Origin: a virus
Taxonomy: Duplodnaviria > Caudoviricetes
Strand: one strand, 5' to 3'
Length of the DNA: 64,000 nucleotides
Virus record (IMG/VR): IMGVR_UViG_3300050491_000011
Shown here one piece after another: positions 1-10,216 of this stretch (positions are counted from its first letter, which is position 1; the number at the start of each line of letters is the position of its first letter). Below the pieces are notes generated by a model. That model made no database searches and was not told the DNA's origin. It saw only the letters and a list, made by a program, of their open reading frames with translations. The position numbers and the translations under genes were made by a program.

Positions 1-1
1 C

Positions 2-649
2 CCAAGGCCTGCTCGATATAACGGGGATTATTACGATGCGTTCATTGACGTGTCGGCAATCATCTACCAGTTGAGTAACGCCAAAGCGATTCGATGTAAG
101 GGGTTCGGTGGAGCGTACAGCCACACGGCTTTCGAAGCGTCACTGATGTTGGCAAAGAACAAGAAGCTTCTTGAGAAGTATCTTGAGATGATTGCGTACT
201 ACCTCCAGACGGACTTCGTCGATGTAATGGAGAAAGGACAAAAGTCAATCGTATTCTGCGCTACCATCAAACTCTGTACGATACTGACTAAGTTCTTGCA
301 AAAGAAGTTCCCGAAGCTGCTCGTAGCTCGCTACGTGTCCGGGGACAAGATGTCTGTGTTGGAGCGCTCAGACATCGGCGTTAGTACAGTACTATCGGCA
401 GGTACTGCGGTAGACATCAAGAACCTCCGCTATAACCTGATGACAACTGCAATCGATTCGCAGCAATCGAACGAACAAACCTTGGGACGTACACGTCTGC
501 TGAAAGACTGGCCTGACATTACTCCACGGTTCCGTTACTTCGTTTGCAGCAGCATTGAGAAGCACATGCTCTACCATCGCAACAAGCTTGACTACTTTAA
601 AGGGAAGGTTAAGTCCCACGGTCAAGAGCAATCACCTTTCTACATTTAA
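2..649 (+). CDS. SF2 helicase, C-terminal part (5' truncated by window edge)
   Basis: Frame open from base 2; motif V-like SAGTAVDIKNL and motif VI QxxGR (EQTLGRTR). Confidence 0.8.
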   Translation, partial: PRPARYNGDYYDAFIDVSAIIYQLSNAKAIRCKGFGGAYSHTAFEASLMLAKNKKLLEKYLEMIAYYLQTDFVDVMEKGQKSIVFCATIKLCTILTKFLQKKFPKLLVARYVSGDKMSVLERSDIGVSTVLSAGTAVDIKNLRYNLMTTAIDSQQSNEQTLGRTRLLKDWPDITPRFRYFVCSSIEKHMLYHRNKLDYFKGKVKSHGQEQSPFYI

Positions 650-650
650 G

Positions 651-677
651 AAGCGGGGAGAAATCCCCGCCTTTATG
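651..677 (+). terminator. GC hairpin followed by TTTATG
   Basis: GCGGGGA-GAAA-TCCCCGC-CTTTATG directly after the helicase stop. Confidence 0.65.
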
Positions 678-695
678 TCCCCTTAGGAGGAAAAG

Positions 696-899
696 ATGTC
701 TCTGAATCAACTCACCATGAAAGCTGAATACGTATTCAGTTCTATCGATCCTAATCGTGTACTGAGCGATGAATCAAAGCTTTACATGATTCACCGTCGA
801 GCGCTTGTTCGTGGTGACGCTAAGGCTTGGGAGATCGATAACGAGGTTATCGCCAAGCGCACTACTCTGGCCGAACACTATTCGCTGGAGGATTACTGA
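696..899 (+). CDS. hypothetical protein
   Basis: AGGAGG SD, ATG, stop overlaps next start. Confidence 0.7.
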   Translation: MSLNQLTMKAEYVFSSIDPNRVLSDESKLYMIHRRALVRGDAKAWEIDNEVIAKRTTLAEHYSLEDY

Positions 900-1282
900 T
901 GGCAGTGCTACTGACCAATTCTACCGTAGTTGGGTTAGATGACATCCCAGAAGAGCTTTATCCCGGAGGTCCTGAATTCAAGGTCCACGTAGCCTTCTAT
1001 CTGTCGAGTGTAACCATCACACTTGTTAACCCGATGAATGGGATCATGCTCCGAGATAAGTTCACCGAGACGCGTACGAAGCTGTTGCGTGACCATCTCC
1101 ACCCACTGCGTGAGAACGCCTTACTCACTAAGGCTCAGTTCATGTGTGAAGTGGAACGTATGACAGAAGTATTCTTCTGTCGTCTGCGGGAATACAAAGG
1201 GTTCATCGGTATCAACAGAACCGGAATGCATGATACAAACACCTACGACGAAGAATCTGAAACAAACGGGGAACGTGTATGA
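899..1282 (+). CDS. hypothetical protein
   Basis: Translationally coupled ORF (TGATG overlap). Confidence 0.7.
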   Translation: MAVLLTNSTVVGLDDIPEELYPGGPEFKVHVAFYLSSVTITLVNPMNGIMLRDKFTETRTKLLRDHLHPLRENALLTKAQFMCEVERMTEVFFCRLREYKGFIGINRTGMHDTNTYDEESETNGERV

Positions 1283-1539
1283 AGAATGAAATGGTTACAA
1301 TCGAAGTACCTGAACTGAATGAGTATCGTCAGATCGGTGAAATTATCTCAAGGGTGATTGGTGTAGAGATCGACGAGGGGAAGATGCTTGAGCTGATGAC
1401 TACCCTCAACTACCACAAGTACAACATCCTCAAGATGACTCAGACCCCTGAGCAGGTTGCTGAGATGGCTAAGTACTTGCTGGCTAAAGGTGGTGCGCAA
1501 GATCGACCGGTCGATTGGCCGAAGTTTGTAAGAGAATAG
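1279..1539 (+). CDS. hypothetical protein
   Basis: Overlaps upstream stop; ends before bidirectional hairpin. Confidence 0.65.
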   Translation: MKNEMVTIEVPELNEYRQIGEIISRVIGVEIDEGKMLELMTTLNYHKYNILKMTQTPEQVAEMAKYLLAKGGAQDRPVDWPKFVRE

Positions 1540-1546
1540 TAAACAG

Positions 1547-1592
1547 CATAAAGCCCGGCATTGAGCCGGGCTTTATGTCACTCTTTTTTTTT
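1547..1592. terminator. bidirectional terminator between convergent genes
   Basis: CATAAAGCCCGGC-ATTGA-GCCGGGCTTTATG plus T9 tract. Confidence 0.8.
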
Positions 1593-1598
1593 GCCGTA

Positions 1599-3305
1599 TT
1601 ACTGAGCGTCAGCGTAGTACAGGATCACGTTCTGACGTTCTTCTTCGTTCGGCACGTAGCGCAGGATCTGGTCGAGCTTGTAGATCTTGGCTTCACGCTG
1701 ACGGGTGCCTGGAGCGCGGGTGGTGATCAGCAACGATACCAGGTCTTCGAAGGTCAGTGCAGCAGACTTCGAAATACCCAGCTGGTTGTAACCACGGCGT
1801 GCAATTTCCGGCAGGAACAGCAGGGTGTAGTTGGTGTTGATGAAGTCCAGCAGGATGTTCCAGCCTTCTGTGAAGCCGACGCTGTCACGAGCCATCACTT
1901 GACGGATAGCTTTGTACAGCATGACTTGCGCTTTGCCGGCGGTATCGTCGGACAGGTTCTTGCCGTACTTGGACATTACGTCCTTGTATTCGTCAAGCTT
2001 GGATTTCAGCAGGATGTTGTCCATGGATGCTTCCGTTGGAGTTTCAGCGAGGGTTTCGAGAATGCGTTGACCGCTGAACTCGTTGGACAGACCCAGACGA
2101 GCCTTCAGGCTGTCGACCAGATCTTCTTTCGGGAGATCAGTTTCGATCTGACCCAGCAGAGCCGAACGCAGTTCGAGGTGAGTCCACTGGGAAGCGGTCT
2201 TACGCTCGCGCATGCGGTCTTCGATCAGAACGCCATGTTCGGTAACGGCTGGTTGCTCGCCGCTCTGTACGAACGCCTTGACGGCTTCGTGAGTCCAGTT
2301 GTTCGGCAGGCGATAGCGTTTGTAGAGCTCATCGTAGATCAGCTCTTCGTCCATGCCCTTTGGAGTCAGGATCAGACCATCGACCCAGTCGGCCAGTTCG
2401 CCGCCAGTCCAGTTGATCATGGATTGACCACGACGCAAGTCGATAGGCCAGCTACCACGAGCAGTCTTGGTTGGTTGAGCTTTGGTTTCGACGTAGGTCA
2501 GCAGGGTGTCGCGATCCCAGGCAGCCAGAGCATCAGCAGGCAGAACGCCGGTCAGAGTTGCACGCAGGCCTTCCAGAGAGGTAGGTTCGGCAGGAGTCGG
2601 ATCTTCTTCTTCGTCAGGCTGCGCTTCGTCTTCTTCATCGACCTTGGCGTCTTCTTCGTCTTCAGCTTCCGGCGGAGGCTCGACAGGATCGACTTCGTCC
2701 ACCGAAGAATCGGATTCGACCGCGACTTCTTCAGCTGGTTCAACGATTTCGGCTGGTTCTTCAACCACATCACCAGCGGCCAGTTGCGCAGCAGCGGCAG
2801 CAGCTTCTTCGTCGAGAGCAGTGGTGAGGTCTTTGGCAGCGTCTTCGATGCTGACTTTCTCAGCCGCCGGGTCCATCTGTTCGATGTAACCGACCTTGGA
2901 AGCATCGATAGCCGCTTGCTCGTCTTCAACCGATTCTTCGGCAGGCTTGACTTCTTCTTCGTCAGCCATCAGTAGGCGAACCATTTCAACGGTGTTGGCT
3001 TCGCCTGCTTCGTCGAAGAAGTATTCCTTGAACAGACTGGTCACGTCAGCATCGAAGTGGTCAGTACCCAGGGAATCCTGATCAGCAACTGCCGCCAACT
3101 GGTCTTCGACAGCGCGTTTCAGGAACGCAGCGTCGGTGCCATTGGTATCCGCCGGCTCATCGCCCTCAGCTACGTCTACCGGCTCTTCAGAGCCTTCCTG
3201 TGCAACGATCGGAGCTACTTGCTCCGGTTGTGCCTGTTCTTGCTGCTGATCGACTACAGGAGTCTCAGGAGCGTTCTGATCAACAGCGTCGTTGTTCTGT
3301 TCCAT
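1599..3305 (-). CDS. conserved jumbo-phage protein with long acidic N-terminal region (probable virion/head protein)
   Basis: 568-aa ORF; about the first 240 aa are E/D/A/P-rich; globular C-terminal half; next to RNAP subunit. Confidence 0.6.
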   Translation of the reverse strand: MEQNNDAVDQNAPETPVVDQQQEQAQPEQVAPIVAQEGSEEPVDVAEGDEPADTNGTDAAFLKRAVEDQLAAVADQDSLGTDHFDADVTSLFKEYFFDEAGEANTVEMVRLLMADEEEVKPAEESVEDEQAAIDASKVGYIEQMDPAAEKVSIEDAAKDLTTALDEEAAAAAAQLAAGDVVEEPAEIVEPAEEVAVESDSSVDEVDPVEPPPEAEDEEDAKVDEEDEAQPDEEEDPTPAEPTSLEGLRATLTGVLPADALAAWDRDTLLTYVETKAQPTKTARGSWPIDLRRGQSMINWTGGELADWVDGLILTPKGMDEELIYDELYKRYRLPNNWTHEAVKAFVQSGEQPAVTEHGVLIEDRMRERKTASQWTHLELRSALLGQIETDLPKEDLVDSLKARLGLSNEFSGQRILETLAETPTEASMDNILLKSKLDEYKDVMSKYGKNLSDDTAGKAQVMLYKAIRQVMARDSVGFTEGWNILLDFINTNYTLLFLPEIARRGYNQLGISKSAALTFEDLVSLLITTRAPGTRQREAKIYKLDQILRYVPNEEERQNVILYYADAQ

Positions 3306-3310
3306 GGGGA

Positions 3311-4597
3311 TTAGTTCCTAAGGAATGTCTCTAAGAAGAGAGGAGTTGTTTTGAGTTCTTTAGCGTGAGCAGAACCCATCATTACGGCCATCATCGTGGA
3401 AGGGATCTCACCTACCATCGAACCGATGGAATCAGGATAAGCGGAGAGCTTATCACCGAAGCACACCTCACAGCAGTCTGTGCGTGGAGTGATGCAGAAC
3501 GCCGGACTGAACATAGGGTAGACTTTACCCAAGTACTGACCGATGTTTTCGGCAGACAGCTTAACCGATTCCTTGCCGTCAACAATGGTGCGGCCAATGA
3601 GGTCTTCACTGACCTTAATGTCAAGCTGATCGGTAGTACCGCAGAAGCCCTTAACTACACGGGCGTTCTGGAAGATACGACCCATCAAGTCCACGTCCTC
3701 ACCGGCGAGTGCAGTCATCGCACCCCGGAAGTAAGAACCAGCACGCAACGAGTTCACCATGTGAGGGAACTTGGTTACGTCCAGACCTTCTTGAAGAGAA
3801 GTAGTAACGAGCGTTGCACGCCCACCTTCTTCGAAGCCGGCTTCAGGACCGTGAATCTGGAACATTCGTTTCAAAGCAGTGTTCAAGGATTTACGTTTGT
3901 ACAGGAAGCCCTCAGACGGATCACCTTTAAGGTTGTCCGAATAGTCCTTAACCAACGCATCCTGAATACGTGCCTGAATAACTGGGTCGTCCAGCTGATC
4001 CTTATACAGCTCCAGCATTTCCTTCAGGATCTTATCCCGATTAGGAGACGGCTGAAGAGCATGCTCAGTAACGGATGGAACAAACATCTCGTAACCGGCC
4101 AAGTCAGATACAGCCTTACCGAAGCGCAGATAATGGCGGACGTAGATCACACCCGGCTTCTCTGGGACTTCGTTGTCAATCATCGCACCGATGATGAACC
4201 GCTCCAGACCACCGAGGTTGATTGGACCTTCGGCGTATTCAAACAGATCACCACCAGCGTAAACCAGAACACGGCTATTGAATAGCAGGTCACCCCAAGT
4301 ACCGTCGGGAAGATCCTTGGTCAGGTTCTCCACATCGCCAGCCTTGATAGGCCCGCAGGAGTCGTGATAGATGTAAGGGATCTCGTAAGGCTTAGCACCC
4401 TCCAGAACCGTCCAGCCCCACTTACCGTCACCATCAGGTACGTATACCTGAACGTTCTCCTTGGTGTGCTTCAAGCCCCACTGGAGGTCACCGTTCTTAA
4501 CGTCGTCGATAACGACGGAGAAGGCACGTAAGATCCACGCACGATTGTAGTGGACCTTTGCCTTCATCGATTGGATGAAGAAATCATACTTCCGCAT
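3311..4597 (-). CDS. multisubunit RNA polymerase beta-prime C-terminal subunit (virion RNAP, phiKZ gp80-like)
   Basis: Zn-binding C..GTTD / SPAFC..CCEVCFG and bridge/trigger-like IGSMVGEIPSTMMAVMMGSAH resembling RpoC SIGEPGTQLTMRTFH. Confidence 0.8.
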   Translation of the reverse strand: MRKYDFFIQSMKAKVHYNRAWILRAFSVVIDDVKNGDLQWGLKHTKENVQVYVPDGDGKWGWTVLEGAKPYEIPYIYHDSCGPIKAGDVENLTKDLPDGTWGDLLFNSRVLVYAGGDLFEYAEGPINLGGLERFIIGAMIDNEVPEKPGVIYVRHYLRFGKAVSDLAGYEMFVPSVTEHALQPSPNRDKILKEMLELYKDQLDDPVIQARIQDALVKDYSDNLKGDPSEGFLYKRKSLNTALKRMFQIHGPEAGFEEGGRATLVTTSLQEGLDVTKFPHMVNSLRAGSYFRGAMTALAGEDVDLMGRIFQNARVVKGFCGTTDQLDIKVSEDLIGRTIVDGKESVKLSAENIGQYLGKVYPMFSPAFCITPRTDCCEVCFGDKLSAYPDSIGSMVGEIPSTMMAVMMGSAHAKELKTTPLFLETFLRN

Positions 4598-5480
4598 GTC
4601 CAGCTCCGAAGATGGGTTGGTATACGTCGAACAGTTTAAGCTTCACCTGTTCAGCACGGCGGCGATCGTCCATCTCGTAGAACAGATCGTCGAGACAGTT
4701 ACCGATAGAGACCTTGGCATCCTCGAAGCTCTCGTTAGAGATCACTGCGAGCGAGAAGATGTCGTTGATAGCCTCTTCCATTGGCTTCTCGATCAAACGC
4801 CCCACAGCCAAGCCGTAGAGTGCTTCCATCGATACACCCAGACCCTCATCGTTGCTGCCCATCTCTGCGCCGATCGAGTCTTTGTTAGTTTTCACCAAAC
4901 GGGACAATCGTTTGAGTAACTCACCATCGCGAGTCATTGTAATCTCATTGACGTTGTCAGCTACAACCGCGGCTTTACAAACACGACGCACGTTCTTAGT
5001 GAAGTTGTCGTGGATCTCGAGGATCTGCTCTTGCAGCAGGTCTTCGGAGTAAGTACCCAATTGTGCCACAAGCTTGACGAACGCTTCATCGACGTCTTCA
5101 GCGGAATCAAGAAGGTCGACAAGGATCGTGGGCGTATCCGTTGGGTCGAAGTTTACGATGATCTCGTAGATCTCCGCCAACATGGCGATAGGGATGTCAG
5201 GTGACAGTTCCACACCGCAAATATTCAGGGATGTTTCAGCTGCAATACGCAGCACTTCATCGAGACTGGAGACGATCTCCGTCGGATCGATGTTCTGATC
5301 ATTCAACTTAGAGAACAGAAGATCCATCTCATCGAGATGGCTGGTCGTGTTGGATTTGATCAGCGACTTGTTCAGGTTAACGTAGATCTCTTCAAGCTCT
5401 GGAGAGCAGCGATCCCGAGCGAGTGTCCGCACTGATAGTTCTGTGACGAAATCATCGTCGGCCTGCATTGGCTTGTCCAT
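4584..5480 (-). CDS. conserved hypothetical protein (acidic, helical)
   Basis: Long ORF; GGAGG SD before ATG at 5480. Confidence 0.65.
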   Translation of the reverse strand: MDKPMQADDDFVTELSVRTLARDRCSPELEEIYVNLNKSLIKSNTTSHLDEMDLLFSKLNDQNIDPTEIVSSLDEVLRIAAETSLNICGVELSPDIPIAMLAEIYEIIVNFDPTDTPTILVDLLDSAEDVDEAFVKLVAQLGTYSEDLLQEQILEIHDNFTKNVRRVCKAAVVADNVNEITMTRDGELLKRLSRLVKTNKDSIGAEMGSNDEGLGVSMEALYGLAVGRLIEKPMEEAINDIFSLAVISNESFEDAKVSIGNCLDDLFYEMDDRRRAEQVKLKLFDVYQPIFGAGHAEV

Positions 5481-5568
5481 CAAAGCCCTCCCGGTTAAAC
5501 CGTACATTAATAGATATAGCTACCCTATATATGGGTTCGCTTAAAGCTTCATACTAGAGAGGTTCAGT

Positions 5569-6048
5569 ATGCGTAATAATAATTCCGAGCGATTCGTTGC
5601 TCACGGAAACTCGATCGAAGCTACTAATGCTGAAGTTGAGAAAGAAGTTCAGGGTTATCAGGATACTTTGGCCGTCAGTCTGAATGCTGCGATTCAGCCA
5701 GTAAAAGACCTCGCCGAGTCCATCAACGTATTGCATGCCGAAGGTCGTCAAGAGGACGTGCCTAAATTGACCGGCCTGGTGAAGATGCTCGCTCGTGACG
5801 CTGACGTCTTGATTGCCGAGAAGAAAGTGGTTGATGAGGAACTGGCCAAGCTTCAGGCTAATCCACCAACCAAGAAGCGCCATCTGTCGAACCACCACGC
5901 CGGCCTGATGGCTGCTGGTGCTAAGTACCTCGGTCTGTCCCAGCGTGCGACGAACACCGTAGGTAACATCCTCGGCGATTACATGGATTTGATCGATCCG
6001 CTCAAATCTAAACCTGAAACCGCAGAACAAAGTGAGGCTGTATCGTGA
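5569..6048 (+). CDS. hypothetical helical protein
   Basis: GAGG SD, ATG, coupled to next gene. Confidence 0.7.
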   Translation: MRNNNSERFVAHGNSIEATNAEVEKEVQGYQDTLAVSLNAAIQPVKDLAESINVLHAEGRQEDVPKLTGLVKMLARDADVLIAEKKVVDEELAKLQANPPTKKRHLSNHHAGLMAAGAKYLGLSQRATNTVGNILGDYMDLIDPLKSKPETAEQSEAVS

Positions 6049-7889
6049 GTGACGAACAGATCGTAGATCAACCTGAAGAAGAACGCCCGGTCGTATTGGA
6101 AGAGCAGATCTCCAAACCGGCTGAGTTCACTCCGACTCCTGCTGAAGAGCCTGTAGATCTCAGCGAGCCTCAGTGGCAAGCGATCGATGAACTACCATCG
6201 GGCTTCGCTCACGAGCCAGCACATGAGCATCCAGCGCAAGAAGCTGAAGCTCTGGGTGACCTGATGGCCGCGCTTCCTGTCAGTGAGCAGATCGTCGATC
6301 TGTCCGTACCGACTCCGGAAGCTGACCCTACGCCAACTCGCGAAATGATCGGCGACTACACGCCGAACATGAACGTCAATGACGATCAGGGTATCTTGAC
6401 CGTATTGACCGACGAACAACTGGCGAAGTTCTCTCGCGACAATCCGTCCGTTCTGCTGTCCAACTTCTCGGCTTCCGAACTGGACGTCATGTACGACCAG
6501 ATCGAGCGTCAAGTAGCAGCCGCTCAAGCATCTCGTGAAGAACTCGTGAAGAACGGCGGTGGTGCCGGTCTCTACGCTGGCCGTACTGACGATGGCGAAG
6601 TGATCTACATCACCGTCAACGAAGGTAAGGCGATGGGTGCGATTGACGACTATCGCAAAACCACCGCCCCATACCGCGACAACGATGATCTCTTCGGCGA
6701 CGACAGCGAATGGACCAACCTGCCTAAGGTCGGTGATACTCCGATTGCTCCTGGCCGTCTGGACCACGAGAAGTCGAAAGACCCGGTCATGCGTATCCGT
6801 GGTCGTCTGGGTATGGCTGTTGAATACACCAACCCGTTCTGGGCGTCAGGCCTACACATGGTTATCGAAGGCGCTGGTGCGCTGGAAGAACTCTCTCTGG
6901 ATCAGAAGATCCTGACTGAGAAAGCCGAGATGGGTCGTGACAGCAGCGGTTATGTCTACAGTGCTTCGGCTCTGTACCTGAACCGTCCTGTGGTTGACTT
7001 CGCTCTGAGTCAAGTGCGTAGCACCACCATCGGTACTACTGATCCGCAAGTGCTGAAGAGCCTCCTGCTGATTACTGATATCGATCCGCTGGCGCTGGCC
7101 ATGGCTTCTGCCAACATGCCTAACGGCTTCCTGCTGGAACGTCCTTGCCTGGAACAGATCGGCGGTTGCGGTTACGTTACCAAGCGTCAGGTGAACCTGC
7201 GCCGTATGCTGATGGTTCGTCGTTCGAAGTTGTCGGATGACCAAGCTCAGTTCATGAGCAAGCGTGCTGGTACTGTTGACATCAAGACTGTTCTCGGCTA
7301 CCAAGCCAAGATGCGTCCTGAGATCAGCCGTATCGTCCAACTGAAAGGCGGCATGATCCTGCGCTTCAAGGTTCCTACCATCGCTGAATACGAGCGTATC
7401 GCTTCGGCATGGCTGGACTACATGGATCAGCAGTCCCGTAAGGTTGCTGCCAGCAATGCTAACCAGCAAGAGCGTGAAGCGTTCCTGTTGAAGGCATCTC
7501 GTGTCTCCGTTCTGATGGCCTACGGTCACTGGATCGAAGCTATCCTCGAAACCAACCCTGACGATCTGGCTGCTGAGCCTAAAGTAATGATCGAACGCGT
7601 TGGCGAAGAAGGTAGTCCTGAGCAGTACCAGTCTGACGTTCAAATGCAGCGTCTGTTGGTATCTCTGGCTGTCGATCAGGATCTGAGCGATCAGATCATC
7701 GAAGAGCTCAGCGAGTTCATCAACCAGATGACCATGTCTACACCGGTTATCCCGAAGATGAAGTGCCCGAACTGCGGTAAACAGATGCACGGCGACGATG
7801 CTTCGAAGCATCCACACCTTGTAAACCTGAACGCCGTAGAAGTTTTTTTTACCCTACTCCGCCTCAGAATGCAAAAGCTGTCAAGCTAA
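6045..7889 (+). CDS. putative tail/baseplate assembly chaperone with Cys pairs
   Basis: 614 aa; CxxxxGGC and KCPNCG; ends with T8 slippery run (see findings). Confidence 0.5.
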   Translation: MSDEQIVDQPEEERPVVLEEQISKPAEFTPTPAEEPVDLSEPQWQAIDELPSGFAHEPAHEHPAQEAEALGDLMAALPVSEQIVDLSVPTPEADPTPTREMIGDYTPNMNVNDDQGILTVLTDEQLAKFSRDNPSVLLSNFSASELDVMYDQIERQVAAAQASREELVKNGGGAGLYAGRTDDGEVIYITVNEGKAMGAIDDYRKTTAPYRDNDDLFGDDSEWTNLPKVGDTPIAPGRLDHEKSKDPVMRIRGRLGMAVEYTNPFWASGLHMVIEGAGALEELSLDQKILTEKAEMGRDSSGYVYSASALYLNRPVVDFALSQVRSTTIGTTDPQVLKSLLLITDIDPLALAMASANMPNGFLLERPCLEQIGGCGYVTKRQVNLRRMLMVRRSKLSDDQAQFMSKRAGTVDIKTVLGYQAKMRPEISRIVQLKGGMILRFKVPTIAEYERIASAWLDYMDQQSRKVAASNANQQEREAFLLKASRVSVLMAYGHWIEAILETNPDDLAAEPKVMIERVGEEGSPEQYQSDVQMQRLLVSLAVDQDLSDQIIEELSEFINQMTMSTPVIPKMKCPNCGKQMHGDDASKHPHLVNLNAVEVFFTLLRLRMQKLSS

Positions 7890-7903
7890 CTCCCAACGGC
7901 GAA

Positions 7904-8368
7904 GTGTATCACCACATCGGCCTCCACGATTTCGGCAGAGAGATCACTCCGTTCACGGAAGGTACTCCTCTGTACAACTTAATCATGGGTAAGACCGTGA
8001 AGGACGACTTCACTTCGCAGTTGATGTTCCTTGAAGCTTACGACGAAACCTTCGGTATCTTCGACCACGCCACATTCGACCACAACGACCCAATGTCTAT
8101 CATCGCGATGCATCCATCCGAAGATATGATCACTGGGTCACGGTTGGTGTCGTACTCGAGGGAACTGATGGCCTGTCGTATTCCTGAGCTGACCAATAAG
8201 CCTATCGATGAACTGATGAGATTACCCAAGTGGTATTTGGATGATCTTCTGAAGGATGGGCGTAAGGCACGGACTCGGGAAGATGCTGAAGTGGAGAAGA
8301 TGCAGAACGATCTCAAGGCTAGTGCCGAAGCTGCGGCTGAACGTTCGCAGAACGGTGAGAAACCGTAG
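7904..8368 (+). CDS. hypothetical protein; possibly the -1 frameshift extension of the upstream gene
   Basis: GTG start without a clear SD; frame open from 7781. Confidence 0.6.
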   Translation: MYHHIGLHDFGREITPFTEGTPLYNLIMGKTVKDDFTSQLMFLEAYDETFGIFDHATFDHNDPMSIIAMHPSEDMITGSRLVSYSRELMACRIPELTNKPIDELMRLPKWYLDDLLKDGRKARTREDAEVEKMQNDLKASAEAAAERSQNGEKP

Positions 8369-8372
8369 ACAG

Positions 8373-8404
8373 CATAAAGGGCGGGGTAATCCCCGCCCTT
8401 TATG
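8373..8404. terminator. bidirectional hairpin
   Basis: CATAAAGGGCGGGG-TAAT-CCCCGCCCTTTATG between convergent genes. Confidence 0.8.
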
Positions 8405-8409
8405 CCCTA

Positions 8410-9744
8410 TCAGTCTTTCAGTACCGATGCAACGTCTTTGCGGTGAACCGAGATCGCAGTGTTCTCGATCAGGGTCAGCTTCGACTTGTTATCGATAGCA
8501 AAGCCATCGATCTTCTTCACGACCACGAGGGTAGCCTTACAGAGATCGTACGAAACCTTGTTACGGGTATCGGTCAAGAAGCCCATGCACTGACTGATCG
8601 ACGTGAAGCCGGTCAATACAGAGGACAGCGACTTGAGGAACGGTACGAGCTTGTTGGCGTAGACTTGTTCCAACCCAGGCTTGAGACCTTTGTTGTTGAA
8701 GCCCTTAACCTTAGCCAACACTGGATCGGTACGCCCACGAGCCCAGCTGATCGTGCCGCTGATCTCTTCCGCCCACTTGGTAGGCTTGTAGTCGATGATG
8801 AGCTTCTTGAAGTCATCTTCTTTGATCTGCGTGCGTTCGTTCATCTGGCTGCGGTAAGCGCCCTTAACGTAACTGGCGATCGACTCGAACGAAGTCAACT
8901 TACCGTTGACGTTCATCTGCTTGACGTTATAGCCGTAGCTAAGCGCCAGCTTGAACATGGCCGCGTTGGTCATGTCGAACAGTTCCATCTTGGCGATGGC
9001 CACGTCAACGTCAGCTTCGGTCTCAGCCTTAGCCAGACCGATCAGGAAGTCTTCAACAGCTTCGGCGAATGGAGGAAGCTTGGTCTTGATGACACCACAG
9101 AGGAGTACCATCTCTTCAAGCTGCTTCTCAGGAGCCAGCAGTTGGCGATCCTTGAAGCTGTTCCACTTACCGTTGATGTTGCGCATCTCGCTGGCGATAG
9201 TACCGTCACGAACACGACGAGCCATCTGAGAGACGGCTGAGTTGTTCGACAGGATCTTGTCGACTTCGATGATGTACTTCTGGAGGGAACCGAGCTTCTG
9301 CTCAAGATCGTCCACCGCCGCAGTCGCTTGACCAGCCTGACTCAACCAGTTCCAAAGCTTATTGCAAGCTTCGATGATGTAAGCCAGCACGCTGCCCAGC
9401 GCATTCACTACCGCCTCGTAGGCGGTCTTAACGAAGCTCTCAGTGGATACTTCGTAGTTGGTGCGACTAGGCTCCTGCGTGAAGCTGTTGATCGGGTAAC
9501 GATCGATCAACTTGCCAAGCACTGGGTAAGTACCAGTCAGTGCTTTGATGTTCTCCATGTCGCTACGGCAAACGTATTTACGCTTGACGATTGTTTCGTA
9601 CGTTTCGAAGACCAGCATCATGTCGTCGAATTCTTTCGCGTGGACGGGGTTAGGCGTCTCATCGATGATCGCAACAGGGGTGTCGTCGTTCTCAATCTCG
9701 GCGGATTCAACCGAGAGGTCGGCTAATGTGATACTGGCATTCAT
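8410..9744 (-). CDS. probable internal head/virion protein with cleavable propeptide
   Basis: Acidic N-terminus with SVE/STE sites (YEVSTESF) followed by amphipathic W-containing helix, as in the other head paralogs. Confidence 0.6.
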   Translation of the reverse strand: MNASITLADLSVESAEIENDDTPVAIIDETPNPVHAKEFDDMMLVFETYETIVKRKYVCRSDMENIKALTGTYPVLGKLIDRYPINSFTQEPSRTNYEVSTESFVKTAYEAVVNALGSVLAYIIEACNKLWNWLSQAGQATAAVDDLEQKLGSLQKYIIEVDKILSNNSAVSQMARRVRDGTIASEMRNINGKWNSFKDRQLLAPEKQLEEMVLLCGVIKTKLPPFAEAVEDFLIGLAKAETEADVDVAIAKMELFDMTNAAMFKLALSYGYNVKQMNVNGKLTSFESIASYVKGAYRSQMNERTQIKEDDFKKLIIDYKPTKWAEEISGTISWARGRTDPVLAKVKGFNNKGLKPGLEQVYANKLVPFLKSLSSVLTGFTSISQCMGFLTDTRNKVSYDLCKATLVVVKKIDGFAIDNKSKLTLIENTAISVHRKDVASVLKD

Positions 9745-9781
9745 GTTCTCGTCCCTCAGGTCATGCAGATGAAAGGTGTAA

Positions 9782-10216
9782 TCAGGCAGCAGCTTCAGCG
9801 TCTGCTTTCAAGATGTTCACCGCTTGGGTGATCTTGTACTTGTTAACGCCGCTGGAGGCGTACTCAGGCATTACCTTAATCAGGGTAGCCGCGAATGGAG
9901 CTTCACCGACCAGCTCATCGATGCAGCAGCCGTATACCAGCTGGTAACGACGCGACCACAGCTGGAAGCCGTACTCGACAGCGCGATCAACGTCGAACGG
10001 AGCGACTTCGTTGATCTGGTACATGGTGCTACGAACTTCGCCGACGTTCTGGGTGTAGTAGTCACGAACAGCACTGTCTTGCAGTGGAGCGCCTGGCAGG
10101 GTAACCAGAGTTGCAGCCGCGCAGCCCAGAACCGAAGCCAGCAGGTAACGACGGTTTTCGATCTCGGTGCCTTCAGTGAGAGTGGCAACGAGGGCATTAA
10201 CTTTAAGTGGGTTCAT
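9782..10216 (-). CDS. hypothetical virion-cluster protein
   Basis: ORF coupled to upstream gene within operon. Confidence 0.65.
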   Translation of the reverse strand: MNPLKVNALVATLTEGTEIENRRYLLASVLGCAAATLVTLPGAPLQDSAVRDYYTQNVGEVRSTMYQINEVAPFDVDRAVEYGFQLWSRRYQLVYGCCIDELVGEAPFAATLIKVMPEYASSGVNKYKITQAVNILKADAEAAA

